NCBI GenBank assembly: GCA_963802275.1
Contig: CAWDIB010000005.1
Coordinates: forward strand, 84,089 to 148,088
Source: an uncultured Chloroflexia bacterium
GTDB lineage: Bacteria; Chloroflexota; Anaerolineae; Anaerolineales; Anaerolineaceae
Direction of reading: 5' to 3'
Length of the DNA stretch: 64,000 bases
Made by a program: the position numbers and the translations under genes. The notes below the pieces were generated by a model. That model worked only from the letters and a program-made list of their open reading frames with translations. It searched no databases and was not told the origin of the DNA. Within the stretch, counting starts at the first letter, position 1. Each line of letters opens with the position of its first letter. This document shows, piece after piece, positions 10,347-20,743 of this stretch.

Positions 10347-11366
10347 ATGGATCAAAAAATCAGCCGCAGGGATTTCATCCGCCTTATCAGCCTGGGTTCA
10401 GCCGCCTTGGCCATTCCACCTATCCAACACTTCTACCCAACGACAGAATTCGGCCGGGTGACGGCGGAATCCCTCAGCGTGCATTCACAACCGAACGATA
10501 AAAGCCGCATCATTTCGCAGCGTTACCGGGATAACATCCTTAATATCTATCAGGAAGTGGAGTCGGAATTCGGCCCGGGTTACAACCCGATCTGGTTCCG
10601 CGTTTGGGGCGGCTATATTCATAGTGGATTTGTGCAAAAAGTTCATTATCGTTTGAACACGGTTGCGGAAAGTCTTCCCAAACAGGGCAAATATGCCGAA
10701 GTGACCGTCCCTTTCAGTCAGTCCTACCAATTGAAGGCCAATGGCAAATGGGAAAAACTTTACAATCTTTATTTCACCTCAGTCCATCCTGTATTTGGTG
10801 TCAAAGAAGGTCCGGATGGACAGCCCTGGTATGAGATCCGTGACAGCCTGGTGACGCTATCCTATTACATACCGGCTGCCCATATGCATGTGATCGAAGC
10901 TGAGGAAATCAGCCCCATTTCAGCCAATGTCAAAGCGGAGTTGAAGAGAATTGAAATTTCCATCGACCAACAGCAATTGACCGCTTATGAAGGCGACAAG
11001 GTGGTCAAGCAGGTAAGGGTATCCACCGGGCGGCCATATCTAAATAAAGATCCAAACCTGATTCCAACCGATACGCCCAGGGGTGACTTCCAAATTCGGC
11101 ACAAGCGTCCCTCAGTGCACATGGGTGATGGGACCATCCGCTCGGATGCCGAAGCATACGAACTGCCGGGCGTGCCCTGGGTGTCTTATATTGAAAGCTC
11201 CACCGGCGTGGCCATTCACGGCACCTACTGGCACAACAATTACGGGGTCACCATGAGCCACGGTTGTATTAATATGCTTTCTGAAGATTCAAAATGGGTT
11301 TACCGCTGGACAACACCCGAACCAAATGGTCCTGTCATTTACCGCACCCCGGTCAAAGTCTACTAA
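10347..11366 (+). CDS. L,D-transpeptidase (YkuD domain) with Tat-type signal
   Basis: SRRDFIRLISLGSAALA twin-arginine signal. C-terminal YkuD catalytic region HGTYWHNNYGVTMSHGCINM. Confidence 0.8.
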   Translation: MDQKISRRDFIRLISLGSAALAIPPIQHFYPTTEFGRVTAESLSVHSQPNDKSRIISQRYRDNILNIYQEVESEFGPGYNPIWFRVWGGYIHSGFVQKVHYRLNTVAESLPKQGKYAEVTVPFSQSYQLKANGKWEKLYNLYFTSVHPVFGVKEGPDGQPWYEIRDSLVTLSYYIPAAHMHVIEAEEISPISANVKAELKRIEISIDQQQLTAYEGDKVVKQVRVSTGRPYLNKDPNLIPTDTPRGDFQIRHKRPSVHMGDGTIRSDAEAYELPGVPWVSYIESSTGVAIHGTYWHNNYGVTMSHGCINMLSEDSKWVYRWTTPEPNGPVIYRTPVKVY

Positions 11367-12571
11367 TCAACAAAATACATAAAGACCTGGTTTCCCATCA
11401 AGCAGCCGCGCTTGGTCAGGCACAGATGGTCTTTTTTCGCGCCCCGCCATTCCACCAATCCCAGCTTGAGCAGTTCGGTTATCTCTTTTAAAAAGACATT
11501 GTGCATGGCAACTCCAAACCGTTCTTCAAAACCAGGCGCGGACAAACCCTGCTCGAGCAGACGCAGCCCCATGAACATGGTTTCCTGCATCCGGATTCTT
11601 TGATTGAGATGTTGCATGTTTTTCCTGATGCCGGCAGTTGAATGCTCATCCATCTGGTCAATGGCATGGATGTATTCTTCTATCGTACACGGATTCTCCC
11701 AACGGAAGCCATCATATAAGCCATGCGCACCAGCCCCCACGCCTATGTAGGGCAGATTCAACCAGTACTGCAGGTTGTGCTTGCAGATATTTCTTTCTTT
11801 GCCATCTTCGTCCGCCAAAGCCCAATTGGAAATTTCATAATGGGTATATTTTTCTTCATTTAGAAAGGAGATGGCATATTCATATAGATCCGCTGCCAGG
11901 TCATCGGGCTCTACTGGCAACATCCCCTTCCTCCACCACTGCTCAAAACGGGTACCTTTTTCAATTGACAGTGAGTAGAGCGATAAATGTGCCGGCTTTA
12001 ATGAAATGGCAAACGCTAATGACTTTTTCCAGTCTGACATCGTCTGACCGGGCAACCCGAACATCAAATCCAGTGAAATGTTCTCAAAACCAGCCATCCG
12101 GGCTGATTTCACCGTTTCGATGACATCCAGGGGTGTATGAATTCTGCCCAACAATCGAAGTTCTTCAGGAATTGCTGATTGCATGCCGATACTTAGCCGA
12201 TTCCATCCCAACATATGGATTTCATCCAGGAATTTTGGCTGGATCGTACCGGGATTAACCTCCATGGTGATTTCCGGTTGAGAGGCCAATTTATAATTTG
12301 CTTGAATAACCTCCATGAGTTGATGATAAGCAGCTGCCGGAAGTACTGATGGGGTACCCCCGCCAAAAAAGATAGTGTGAATTTTCTCCCTGCATTGTTT
12401 CCCCATATACTTGATTTCATGAATAAGTGCATCCAGATATGCGGGTATCAAATGTTGCCGATTGGCGTATGTGTTAAAATCACAATAATGACAGCGCTGT
12501 ATGCAAAACGGAATATGAACATACAAGCTGACCAGCTTATTGGCATCAGAAAAAGATGGTTGTTCAGACAT
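11363..12571 (-). CDS. hemW: radical SAM heme chaperone HemW (HemN-like, oxygen-independent coproporphyrinogen oxidase family)
   Basis: Radical SAM motif YVHIPFCIQRCHYCDF, with HemN-like length and C-terminal domain. I prefer the ATG at 12571 (MSEQPSF..., GGTGAG 7 nt upstream) over the TTG at 12586. Its stop overlaps the convergent ldt stop by 4 nt. Confidence 0.8.
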   Translation of the reverse strand: MSEQPSFSDANKLVSLYVHIPFCIQRCHYCDFNTYANRQHLIPAYLDALIHEIKYMGKQCREKIHTIFFGGGTPSVLPAAAYHQLMEVIQANYKLASQPEITMEVNPGTIQPKFLDEIHMLGWNRLSIGMQSAIPEELRLLGRIHTPLDVIETVKSARMAGFENISLDLMFGLPGQTMSDWKKSLAFAISLKPAHLSLYSLSIEKGTRFEQWWRKGMLPVEPDDLAADLYEYAISFLNEEKYTHYEISNWALADEDGKERNICKHNLQYWLNLPYIGVGAGAHGLYDGFRWENPCTIEEYIHAIDQMDEHSTAGIRKNMQHLNQRIRMQETMFMGLRLLEQGLSAPGFEERFGVAMHNVFLKEITELLKLGLVEWRGAKKDHLCLTKRGCLMGNQVFMYFVD

Positions 12572-12646
12572 TGACAATCTCACCAAGTCGCGATGATATA
12601 ATAACCCGACTTTTTTAGTATATAAGGTAATGAATTTAATAACAAA

Positions 12647-13796
12647 ATGAGTCCAGAACCCATTTCATCCACCAAAGTATGCCCCACTTGCGGAACACGC
12701 ATCAGTGAATCCGCCACACGCTGCCTGGTATGCGGCCGCACCTTCACCGGGAAGGCGTCTGCGGAATCATCCAGTTCCGCCATCAAAGGCGCACGCCTGC
12801 CGGAGATCACTTTGAGTCTCCCGTTTGCCATCGGGTTGATATTGATCGTCCTGGCAGTCGGGGCGGGTTTGATTTTTCTTATTTTGCGCGGCACCGGACA
12901 GGTGACTGGCCCGGCTCCCACCGCCACTGCCACGGTCACACCTACGCTAGAGCAAACCCCGATCCCCACCAGCACATCAACTCCTCTTCCTACTTTCACC
13001 CCCTTGCCGCCCAAGGAGCATACCGTGCAATCCGGAGAAACCTGCAGTCTGATCGCAGTCAACTATCGCGTTTCGATCCAGAGCATTGCTGACTTGAATA
13101 ATCTGCCACCCGATTGCGGCATCTTATCCATGGGGCAAAAATTAAAATATACCGCAGCCAACCCCGACCCCTTCGCCCATGCCGACCACAACACAAAGCG
13201 TTGCCCAAAAAACGGTGGCTGCCTGCCAGGTCATTGAAATTCGGGTGGGTGAGAATGATACATTGAGCGGAATTGCTGCCAATTACGCCATTGCCATTGA
13301 TACTTTGAAAACATACAACGGCCTGACCTCCAACAACATCTATGTCGGTCAAATCATCAAGGTCCCGCTTTGCCAGCGTCTGCCAACACCAGGACCAACC
13401 CCCACAGCCACGCTGCCACCGCCCTACCCGCCCACCAACCTGCTGCTCCCGGCAGACGGGTCCACTTATGGTGGAAATATTGATACGGTGACATTGCAAT
13501 GGGCAGCCATCGGTGGTATGCGCGAGGGTGAACAGTATGCGGTCACCATTGAAGACCTCACTGCCGGGGAGGGTAAAAAACTGGTGGACTATACCGCCGA
13601 TACCAAATACATCGTCCCACTCACCTTCCGCCCAACGGACAACACCATTCACATCATCCGCTGGTACGTCCAGCCGGTTAGGCAATCCGGTACCACCCAG
13701 GAAGGTCAGCAGATTTGGGTTCCGGCAGGTGCAGCCAGCTTATCCCGCGTTTTCAGCTGGACCGGTCTGGGTGCCGCTCCGACCCAAAACAAATAA
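12647..13796 (+). pseudogene. Zn-ribbon / single-TM / Pro-Thr linker / 2x LysM peptidoglycan-binding protein, one apparent frameshift
   Basis: ORF 12647..13237 contains CPTCGTRISESATRCLVCG, a TM helix, a PT-rich linker and LysM 1 (HTVQSGETCSLIAVNYRVSIQSIADLN). The frame changes near 13147-13157 (GQKLK|IPQPTPTPSPMPTTTQ). It continues in ORF 13179..13796 with LysM 2 (IRVGENDTLSGIAANYAIAIDTLKTYNGL) and a C-terminal domain. Confidence 0.7.
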
Positions 13797-13824
13797 AATG
13801 TTTTAGATTTCGTGAAGTAATGGT

Positions 13825-13854
13825 ACAGCAGGCTGGCAGCCTGCTGTTTTTTTT
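13825..13854 (+). terminator. rho-independent terminator
   Basis: acagcaggct-ggc-agcctgctgt stem followed by T8. It lies between the convergent LysM gene and trxB. Confidence 0.7.
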
Positions 13855-14790
13855 CTAAACCTGCAGGTTTTCCAAATAGCGGGTGGCTTCTATGGCGGCC
13901 GCTGCACCCATGCCAGCGGAAGTGATCACCTGTCGGTAATGTGCATCCGCCACTTCACCTGCTGCAAAAATGCCGGGAATATTGGTTCGCATGCGCTGGT
14001 CCGCAATCAGATACCCTTTTTCGTCCAATTCCAGGAAATCCTTGAACAACTCGGTATTGGGTTGGTGCCCGATAAAAATAAAAACACCTTCCACATCCAG
14101 GGTTGATTTTTCACCGCTTTGCGCATTTTTGATCGTCATACTTTCAACCGCATCCGCGCCATTAATCCCCTCGGCCACGGAATTCCAGATGAATTTTATC
14201 TTTTCATTCTTTTGCGCCCTTGTCTGCAGAATGGCGCTTGCGCGCAGTTCTGCCCGGCGGTGAATGATGGTGACCGTGGATGCAAAACGCGTCAGGAACA
14301 ATCCCTCCTCAAGTGCGCTGTCCCCTCCACCGATGACCGCCACTTTCTTATTCTTAAAGAACCATCCGTCACAAGTGGCGCAATATGAAACACCACGGCC
14401 GCGTAATTCTGTTTCCCCGGGGATGCCCAGATTCCGCGGGCTGGCGCCGGAACAAACGATGACCGAGCGGGTAAAGAAATGTTTGTCATAGGTGTTCACC
14501 TGAAAAGGTGACCTGGAAAAATCCACCGCGGTAACGGTATCGAAGAGTACCTGGGCGCCAAAACGCTCTGCATTTTTCTGAAACAGCTCACTCAGCTCGC
14601 CACCGCCAATGCCATCCGGGAAGCCGGGATAATTCTCGATGTGATCGGTCAATGCCGCCTGCCCGCCCAATTGCATACCGGTCAACACTAGCGGTTTCAG
14701 CTCCGCCCTGGCTGCGTACAATGCCGCGGAAAAACCCGCCGGCCCGGCGCCGATGATGATGACATCATGCAGTTCCTGTTCGTGTGCCAT
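13855..14790 (-). CDS. trxB: thioredoxin-disulfide reductase
   Basis: FAD motif IIIGAGPAG, redox centre CATCDG and NADPH motif VIGGGDSA. I prefer the ATG at 14790 (MAHEQELHD..., AAGGA upstream); the ORF track extends to 14811. Confidence 0.9.
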   Translation of the reverse strand: MAHEQELHDVIIIGAGPAGFSAALYAARAELKPLVLTGMQLGGQAALTDHIENYPGFPDGIGGGELSELFQKNAERFGAQVLFDTVTAVDFSRSPFQVNTYDKHFFTRSVIVCSGASPRNLGIPGETELRGRGVSYCATCDGWFFKNKKVAVIGGGDSALEEGLFLTRFASTVTIIHRRAELRASAILQTRAQKNEKIKFIWNSVAEGINGADAVESMTIKNAQSGEKSTLDVEGVFIFIGHQPNTELFKDFLELDEKGYLIADQRMRTNIPGIFAAGEVADAHYRQVITSAGMGAAAAIEATRYLENLQV

Positions 14791-14800
14791 ATTTGAATCC

Positions 14801-16150
14801 TTATTTTTCAACCAAAGTATCAGTGATTTTTAATGCTTCCGAAAGAATCTCAAAACCCGTGGATAACTCCGGCTGCTCAATGATCAGCGGCGGGATCACC
14901 AGGATGATATTGTCATGAATATAATGAAACAGACCATGTTCCCGCGAGTACTTCTGAATACTCAGCAGCGGAGGACTGGCCTGGTCATATTCTCCCATTG
15001 GTTGCCGGGTTGTCTTGTTTTTAACAATCTCAATTGCACCAAAAAGCCCGATGGAGCGCACATCGCCGACCGATGGATGTTCTTCTGCCAATTTGGAGAG
15101 AAGAATGGAAAGATACTCACCCATCTTTTCCGACTTTTCAACCAATCCATCCTCTTGAATAACGCGAATATTGGCAATCGCCGCTGCCAGCGAAATGGGA
15201 TGTCCATTATAGGTCAATCCACCGCGGTAAACGCGTTCATTGAAAAATGAGGCGATCTCTGCCTTCATTCCCACTGCACCCAGCGGCGCATAACCAGAGG
15301 TCAGCCCTTTGGCCATGGTGATCATGTCCGGAATGACATCCCAGTGATTGATGCCGAACCATTTTCCGGTTCGCCCGAATCCAGCCATCACTTCATCCAT
15401 GATCAGCAGGATGCCGTACTTGTCGCAAAGCTGACGCACCCCCTGGTAATATCCGCGCGGTGGGATGATGATGCCATTGGTTCCCGTGACCGATTCCATC
15501 AGAATGGCAGCGATGGTTTGCGGGTTCTCAAATTGAATCAACTCCTCAAGATACTCAAGATGATCCTGGCAGAAGGATTCTTCCTCCACGGGCGGGTGGT
15601 TATTATGGAAGACAGACCGGTATGGGAATGGGTCGATCATATGCACCACGCCCGGCATCACCATCGGTTCCCAGGCAGCCCGCCGCCCATCCCCGGTCAG
15701 CGCAATTGCGCCGGACGTGGAGCCGTGATAAGACCGGTAGCGGGCGATCACTTTATGTCGTCCGGTGAAGGCACGCGCCAGCTTGATCGCATTTTCGTTG
15801 GCATCCGCACCACCCAGGGTATAAAGGAAATGGTCTATCTCCGGCGGACATATCTCAGTGAGCAGCTGTCCCAGTTCCGCACGCGGCTGGGTGGCCATTT
15901 GAGGACCAGCAAAACACAATTCCTGTGCCTGTCGGCAGATCGCCTGGATGACCCTTTCATCCCCATGGCCGATGTTAACGCACATCACCATGGAGTTGAA
16001 GTCCAGGTATCGTTTTCCGGATGTATCCCAAAAATAAACCCCTTTTGCCTTTTTGACAGGTATAGGGTCAACTCTGGACTGGGCAGACCAGGTCCAAAAA
16101 TTATGCTCTTTGCAGATTGATGTTATCGATTCATCCGGGATTCGATCCAT
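14801..16150 (-). CDS. class-III (omega) PLP aminotransferase
   Basis: 449 aa. LIMDEVMAGFGRTGKWF and the PLP-lysine region ITMAKGLTSGYAPLG. Substrate not assignable. Confidence 0.8.
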   Translation of the reverse strand: MDRIPDESITSICKEHNFWTWSAQSRVDPIPVKKAKGVYFWDTSGKRYLDFNSMVMCVNIGHGDERVIQAICRQAQELCFAGPQMATQPRAELGQLLTEICPPEIDHFLYTLGGADANENAIKLARAFTGRHKVIARYRSYHGSTSGAIALTGDGRRAAWEPMVMPGVVHMIDPFPYRSVFHNNHPPVEEESFCQDHLEYLEELIQFENPQTIAAILMESVTGTNGIIIPPRGYYQGVRQLCDKYGILLIMDEVMAGFGRTGKWFGINHWDVIPDMITMAKGLTSGYAPLGAVGMKAEIASFFNERVYRGGLTYNGHPISLAAAIANIRVIQEDGLVEKSEKMGEYLSILLSKLAEEHPSVGDVRSIGLFGAIEIVKNKTTRQPMGEYDQASPPLLSIQKYSREHGLFHYIHDNIILVIPPLIIEQPELSTGFEILSEALKITDTLVEK

Positions 16151-16223
16151 ATTTCCTCACTCGGTTACAAATCAATGCTATCATAAAACCAAACTCTAAT
16201 GAATGATATGAGAAGAATCAAAA

Positions 16224-17003
16224 ATGGAAACTGATCAATCCTTTCAAGACAAGGTGGTGCTGATCACCGGTTCAGGCCGTGGCATTGGCAAAGCAATGGC
16301 ACTTAATTTTGCCCGGCACGGAGCTGATGTTATTGTCAATTACGCACGCAATCATTCACAAGCCGAAAAAACAAAAGAAGAAATTATTACCCTTGGCAGA
16401 AGGGCAATTGCCGTGCGGGCGGATGTCAGCAAAGTGGAAGCCATTGAATCCCTTTTTCAGGCAATTAAGTGTGAGTTTGGTAAATTGGATATTTTCATCC
16501 ACAATGCCGCCGTGGGTGCCAATAAAACCGGCATGCAGCAGCAACCTGGCAGCTGGGATTACACCTTCAATACCAATGCGCGTGCCTTCCTCTTTGCCGC
16601 ACAGAGCGCAGCCGCGTTAATGGAAAAAAGTGAAGGGGGCGTGATGCTGGCCATCACCAGCCCCGGTTCGCAGCGGGTGCTGCCGGATTATATTTCGGTA
16701 GGTGCCAGCAAAGCCGCCCTGGAATCGCTGGTGCGCTACCTGGCGGTGGAACTGGCTTCACAGAATATCATTGTCAATGCCATCTCACCTGGCATGGTGC
16801 TCACCGATGCCCTGCAATATTTTCAGGCCATGTCACAGCCGGGCATCATTGAGAAGACCATCGCCGCCACCCCTGCCGGCAGGTTGGTAACCACTGAAGA
16901 TATTGCAGAACTGGCGTTGTTTCTCTGCTCCCCACGCGCCAGCATGATTCGCGGCCAGGTGATCGTCATCGACGGTGGGCTGACCCTGCCGGTGAATGTT
17001 TAA
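16224..17003 (+). CDS. fabL: SDR-family enoyl-[ACP] reductase, FabL-like
   Basis: Cofactor motif ITGSGRGIGKA, NAAV, and a Y-x6-K catalytic spacing (DYISVGASKAALE). That spacing is the enoyl-ACP reductase pattern rather than the classical YxxxK. The overall sequence resembles Bacillus FabL as I remember it. Confidence 0.6.
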   Translation: METDQSFQDKVVLITGSGRGIGKAMALNFARHGADVIVNYARNHSQAEKTKEEIITLGRRAIAVRADVSKVEAIESLFQAIKCEFGKLDIFIHNAAVGANKTGMQQQPGSWDYTFNTNARAFLFAAQSAAALMEKSEGGVMLAITSPGSQRVLPDYISVGASKAALESLVRYLAVELASQNIIVNAISPGMVLTDALQYFQAMSQPGIIEKTIAATPAGRLVTTEDIAELALFLCSPRASMIRGQVIVIDGGLTLPVNV

Positions 17004-17635
17004 TCGGTCAGGATCACGCGCGCCGGGCTTCCTTCGGTTCCCACTAATTTCAGCGGAAGACAATACAGGTTATACATACCTGGGGTAACTTCCGACAGGT
17101 TGAGGGTCTCAAGAATTACAACCCCCTTTCGCATCAGAATGCGGTGCGGCTCTTCCAGGTCTGACATGGGTGAAACAGACAGGTAATCCATTCCAACTAA
17201 CCGCAAGCCCAACCCAGCCAGGTAGCGTGCGCCATCCGAATTGATGCCGCAATAATCCTTATGGAAGGTTCGATCTCCATTTTTCCAGTATTTTGAATTT
17301 CGTGTTTTAAACAATATTCGCTTACAGTCTGTGCGGATGGCACATCGCTCCAGTACGGTTTTTGTAATCAGGTCAATGGAATCATCCACCTGCACCACCT
17401 GTACCGGACCCACCATTGCCTCCAGTGGGAAATGATCCGTGCTATTACCATTTTCAAGAAAATGAAGTGGGGCATCAATGTGGGTGCCTTGATGGACGCT
17501 CATATACAAGCGTGTCAGGTTATAGGCATCCCCCTTGGCCAGGGTCATCACCCGCCGGGCTTTTACACCTGCATCCCCCTCCCATAGAACCATGTTTTCG
17601 CTGATATCAACGGATATGTCAATGATCTTGCTCAC
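17000..17635 (-). CDS. cyclase-family protein (kynurenine formamidase-like metal hydrolase)
   Basis: HxGTHxDxPxH motif (HQGTHIDAPLHF). GTG start with GAAGGAG SD. Confidence 0.7.
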   Translation of the reverse strand: MSKIIDISVDISENMVLWEGDAGVKARRVMTLAKGDAYNLTRLYMSVHQGTHIDAPLHFLENGNSTDHFPLEAMVGPVQVVQVDDSIDLITKTVLERCAIRTDCKRILFKTRNSKYWKNGDRTFHKDYCGINSDGARYLAGLGLRLVGMDYLSVSPMSDLEEPHRILMRKGVVILETLNLSEVTPGMYNLYCLPLKLVGTEGSPARVILTD

Positions 17636-17726
17636 AGCTAAACTCCTTCTCTACCATGAAATAGATAGCAACTGATAGGGAAACTTACTATAATGATAAA
17701 CGCAAACCAAACCACAGGAGAGATTC

Positions 17727-18884
17727 ATGCGTAAAGTTGCAGTGCTCGGCATCGGCCAGACCACAATTGAAGAACATTGGGATAAATCATTACGTGACCT
17801 GGCCGGGGAAGCCGCGCTGGCTGCATTGCAGGACGCCGGGTTGACCTCCGTTGAGGGCATCTATGTTGGCAATATGATGTCCGGTTCTGCCAACCGGCAA
17901 TTGCAGCTGGGTGCTTATTTATCTGACTGGGTGGGCATGCGCTTCAGCGAGGCTGTTCATCTGGAATCAGCCTGCAGTTCCGGCGCAGCGTCATTCCGTG
18001 CAGCACTGCTGGCGGTGGCATCCGGTGAGGTCAATACCGCACTGGCGGTCGGGGTGGAAAAAATGTCGGATTCCCCCATCAACGAAATCACCTCCAGCCT
18101 GGCAACTGCCGCCGATGCCGATTGGGAAGTGACCCAAGGTATATCATTTGTAGGTTTAAATGCCCTTATCATGCAGCGTTACATGCATGAATACAATTGG
18201 CAGCACAATGACTTTGCCGGTTTTTCCATCAATGCGCATGCCAATGCCATAAACAATCCCTTTGCCCGCTTCCATATGCCGATTACCATTGAGCAATTTG
18301 AAAAAGCGGGGCTGATAGCCGATCCCATCAACCTGCTGGATGCTTCACCCACCGGGGATGGAGCTGCAGCAGCAGTGCTGGTGGCATTGGATGCCATAAA
18401 ACCGAATCCAGCAATGAAATTGATCCAGGTGATTGGTTCAGGTGCTGCCACGGATACCATCTCGGTTCAAAGCCGCAAGGACCCGCTTTGGTTGAAAGCA
18501 GCAGAAATTTCCACCAAACAGGCATACGCGCAAGCCAGCTGTGAACCTAGGGATATTGATGTATTTGAGTACCATGATGCCTTTACCATCATGTGTGCTT
18601 TATCTCTCGAAGCCAGTGGTTTTGTAGATAGGGGTCAAGGTCCACGCCTGGCATTGGATGGAGAGATCTCATTGAAAGGCCGTATCCCTGTTGCCACTTT
18701 GGGAGGGTTGAAAGCACGCGGACATCCGGTAGGAGCAACGGGAATATATCAAATCATCGAAGTCGTGCAACAATTGCGGGGAACTACCGGGAAAAGCCAG
18801 GTTGAAAATGCCCGCACCGGAATGGCACAAAATATCGGCGGCAGCGGTTCCAATATCATCACTCATATCCTGCAAGCCTTGTGA
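17727..18884 (+). CDS. thiolase-domain protein (archaeal-type acetyl-CoA acetyltransferase)
   Basis: 385 aa. Active-site Cys context LESACSSGAASF and C-terminal GGLKARGHPVGATG...NIGGSGSN. TATAAT at 17689-17694 and AGGAGAG SD upstream. Confidence 0.75.
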   Translation: MRKVAVLGIGQTTIEEHWDKSLRDLAGEAALAALQDAGLTSVEGIYVGNMMSGSANRQLQLGAYLSDWVGMRFSEAVHLESACSSGAASFRAALLAVASGEVNTALAVGVEKMSDSPINEITSSLATAADADWEVTQGISFVGLNALIMQRYMHEYNWQHNDFAGFSINAHANAINNPFARFHMPITIEQFEKAGLIADPINLLDASPTGDGAAAAVLVALDAIKPNPAMKLIQVIGSGAATDTISVQSRKDPLWLKAAEISTKQAYAQASCEPRDIDVFEYHDAFTIMCALSLEASGFVDRGQGPRLALDGEISLKGRIPVATLGGLKARGHPVGATGIYQIIEVVQQLRGTTGKSQVENARTGMAQNIGGSGSNIITHILQAL

Positions 18885-18887
18885 TCC

Positions 18888-19748
18888 ATGCCGCAACTCG
18901 ACCAGCAAGTACTCCATCACTTCCGGTCCAAGACTTTCCGCTGGCAATCCAGGTTGAGATTGCATTTTGAGAGGGATGCCGTCCGCTTTGTCAACGAGCG
19001 CGGATTCATATTTTTCTGGCCGGTTAAGGATGCCATGCTGCCGAGTTTGTGGGGTGCTGTGGCGGGCGACCGCCCGGTGCCGGACAATCATGACGATCCG
19101 GCACATATCACCTGGCGCTGGAAGGACCGCTTGTTGGGCAGACGTAAATGGTACTACGCGCGCATCCTGCATAAACGGAACACCATTATTTCCCTCAATT
19201 GTCTGCCATTTTTTTATGCGCTTTCGCCCAACTTTGGTGATCCGGATAACGATTATCTGATCCTTTATCACCAGGGTTTACTTCCCATGGAAGCCAAAGC
19301 GGTTTATGAAACCCTTTTACGCGAAGGGCCATTGGATACCCTCGCTTTGAGAAAAAAATCCAATCTATCATCCAAGACGAATAATTCTCGCTTCAACCGC
19401 GCACTGGAAATATTACAGAGAGATTTCAGGATTCTACCAGTTGGAATTGCTGAAGCCGGCACTTGGAATTATGCCTTTGTTTATGATGTTTTTCATCGTC
19501 ATTTCCCGGAAGTAATAAATACTTCAGGAAAAATCAAGGCGGGCGATGCTCGTGAATCCCTGCTAAACCGTTACTTTTTTTCTGTGGGTGCCTGCCGGTT
19601 AATTGATGCACTCAGGATTTTTGGTTGGAAGGAAAATGAAATTATTCAGGCACTCCAGCGGTTAGTTGAAAAGGGCACTGTTATGATTGGGAAATTCATG
19701 CCGGGCGATGAGCAGGAATGGTTGGCTCTCAACTCATTATTGATTTGA
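18888..19748 (+). CDS. winged-helix protein of the YcaQ/AlkZ-like (HTH_42) family, short form
   Basis: 286 aa. FVNERGFIFFWPVKDAMLPSLWGAV...WYYARILHKRNTIISL resembles the AlkZ/YcaQ N-terminal wHTH repeats. Starts 3 nt after the thiolase stop. Confidence 0.4.
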   Translation: MPQLDQQVLHHFRSKTFRWQSRLRLHFERDAVRFVNERGFIFFWPVKDAMLPSLWGAVAGDRPVPDNHDDPAHITWRWKDRLLGRRKWYYARILHKRNTIISLNCLPFFYALSPNFGDPDNDYLILYHQGLLPMEAKAVYETLLREGPLDTLALRKKSNLSSKTNNSRFNRALEILQRDFRILPVGIAEAGTWNYAFVYDVFHRHFPEVINTSGKIKAGDARESLLNRYFFSVGACRLIDALRIFGWKENEIIQALQRLVEKGTVMIGKFMPGDEQEWLALNSLLI

Positions 19749-19759
19749 AAACCAGGAAT

Positions 19760-20656
19760 TTATTTATTTTTCCCCAGATATCTCAATTCTCTCTCAAACC
19801 TGGCTGGCAGCAAACCAAATAATTTTGGCAGTGTGTCCAATGCACAGGTGCGATCAGCAGCCAGGTAATCCAGCCAGGCATTGGGATAAGGAGTGCCTTT
19901 TTCCTGCCGGTTCAGCCATAAGTTGAGCGTCCGCAGGTAAGCTGGAGAAAAAGGGATCACCAGACGCCAGATGCCCATTTTTCGCATGATGATTTTGATA
20001 ATTTCTTTATAAGAAAAATATTCGCCTCCACCAACTGAGATAGTCCGGCGGTATGTTCGCGGGTCATGCACAGACAGCATTAAACAGGTCAGCAGATCCT
20101 GTACCCATAGCGGCTGAAGGGTGACTTCCCCGTTTCCCGGCATGAGCAAAAAAAGCTTGTTCTGTCGCAACATGGTTGCCAGTGAGTTGGTAAAGTGATC
20201 CTGGGCTCCAAATATGGTGGTTGCACGCAAGATGCTGTAATTCAGCCGGGATTTCACCAATGCCTCTTCTGCCAATGCCTTGGCTTTAAACATGGCAAAA
20301 AGTGAATTTTTATCTGCGTTCATTTGGCTGAGAAAAATGACTCGTTCAATGCCCTTCTTTTGGGCAGCATCCACGATGGCACGGGTGCCATCCACATCCA
20401 CCGCGGTCAATTCGGCTGGATTTGCCAGGCGGCCTGCGCTGGCAAGGTGGAAAATCAGGTCAATCCCCTGCATAGCAGCCTGCAACCCGCGCTCATCAGT
20501 CAGGCTGCAAACAGCTACATCCATGCGTATGCCCCTGGGCAGATTTGGAGACGTGGAGGATGGATGGACGAGCATTCGTACCTGCTGCCCATCCTGCAGC
20601 AAATGATGGACCAAAGCCCGCCCGATAAATCCGGTTCCACCGGTAAGCAGGATCAT
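19760..20656 (-). CDS. NAD(P)-binding epimerase/dehydratase-family protein (NDUFA9/NmrA-like)
   Basis: Rossmann motif MILLTGGTGFIGRALV. I prefer the ATG at 20656 because an extended -10 element lies 9 nt upstream; the ORF track extends to 20695. Confidence 0.7.
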   Translation of the reverse strand: MILLTGGTGFIGRALVHHLLQDGQQVRMLVHPSSTSPNLPRGIRMDVAVCSLTDERGLQAAMQGIDLIFHLASAGRLANPAELTAVDVDGTRAIVDAAQKKGIERVIFLSQMNADKNSLFAMFKAKALAEEALVKSRLNYSILRATTIFGAQDHFTNSLATMLRQNKLFLLMPGNGEVTLQPLWVQDLLTCLMLSVHDPRTYRRTISVGGGEYFSYKEIIKIIMRKMGIWRLVIPFSPAYLRTLNLWLNRQEKGTPYPNAWLDYLAADRTCALDTLPKLFGLLPARFERELRYLGKNK

Positions 20657-20665
20657 AGGTTTCTG

Positions 20666-20674
20666 ATTATAGCA
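20666..20674 (-). promoter_or_regulatory. extended -10 TGcTATAAT (minus strand), 9 nt upstream of the ATG at 20656
   Basis: Minus strand reads TGCTATAATCAGAAACCTATG. Confidence 0.4.
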
Positions 20675-20743
20675 GACCAGCCCCAATGCTGGCATAGTAA
20701 TTGCTACTATTATGGATGAATCCTGTGTCTTGCCCTATTAATA

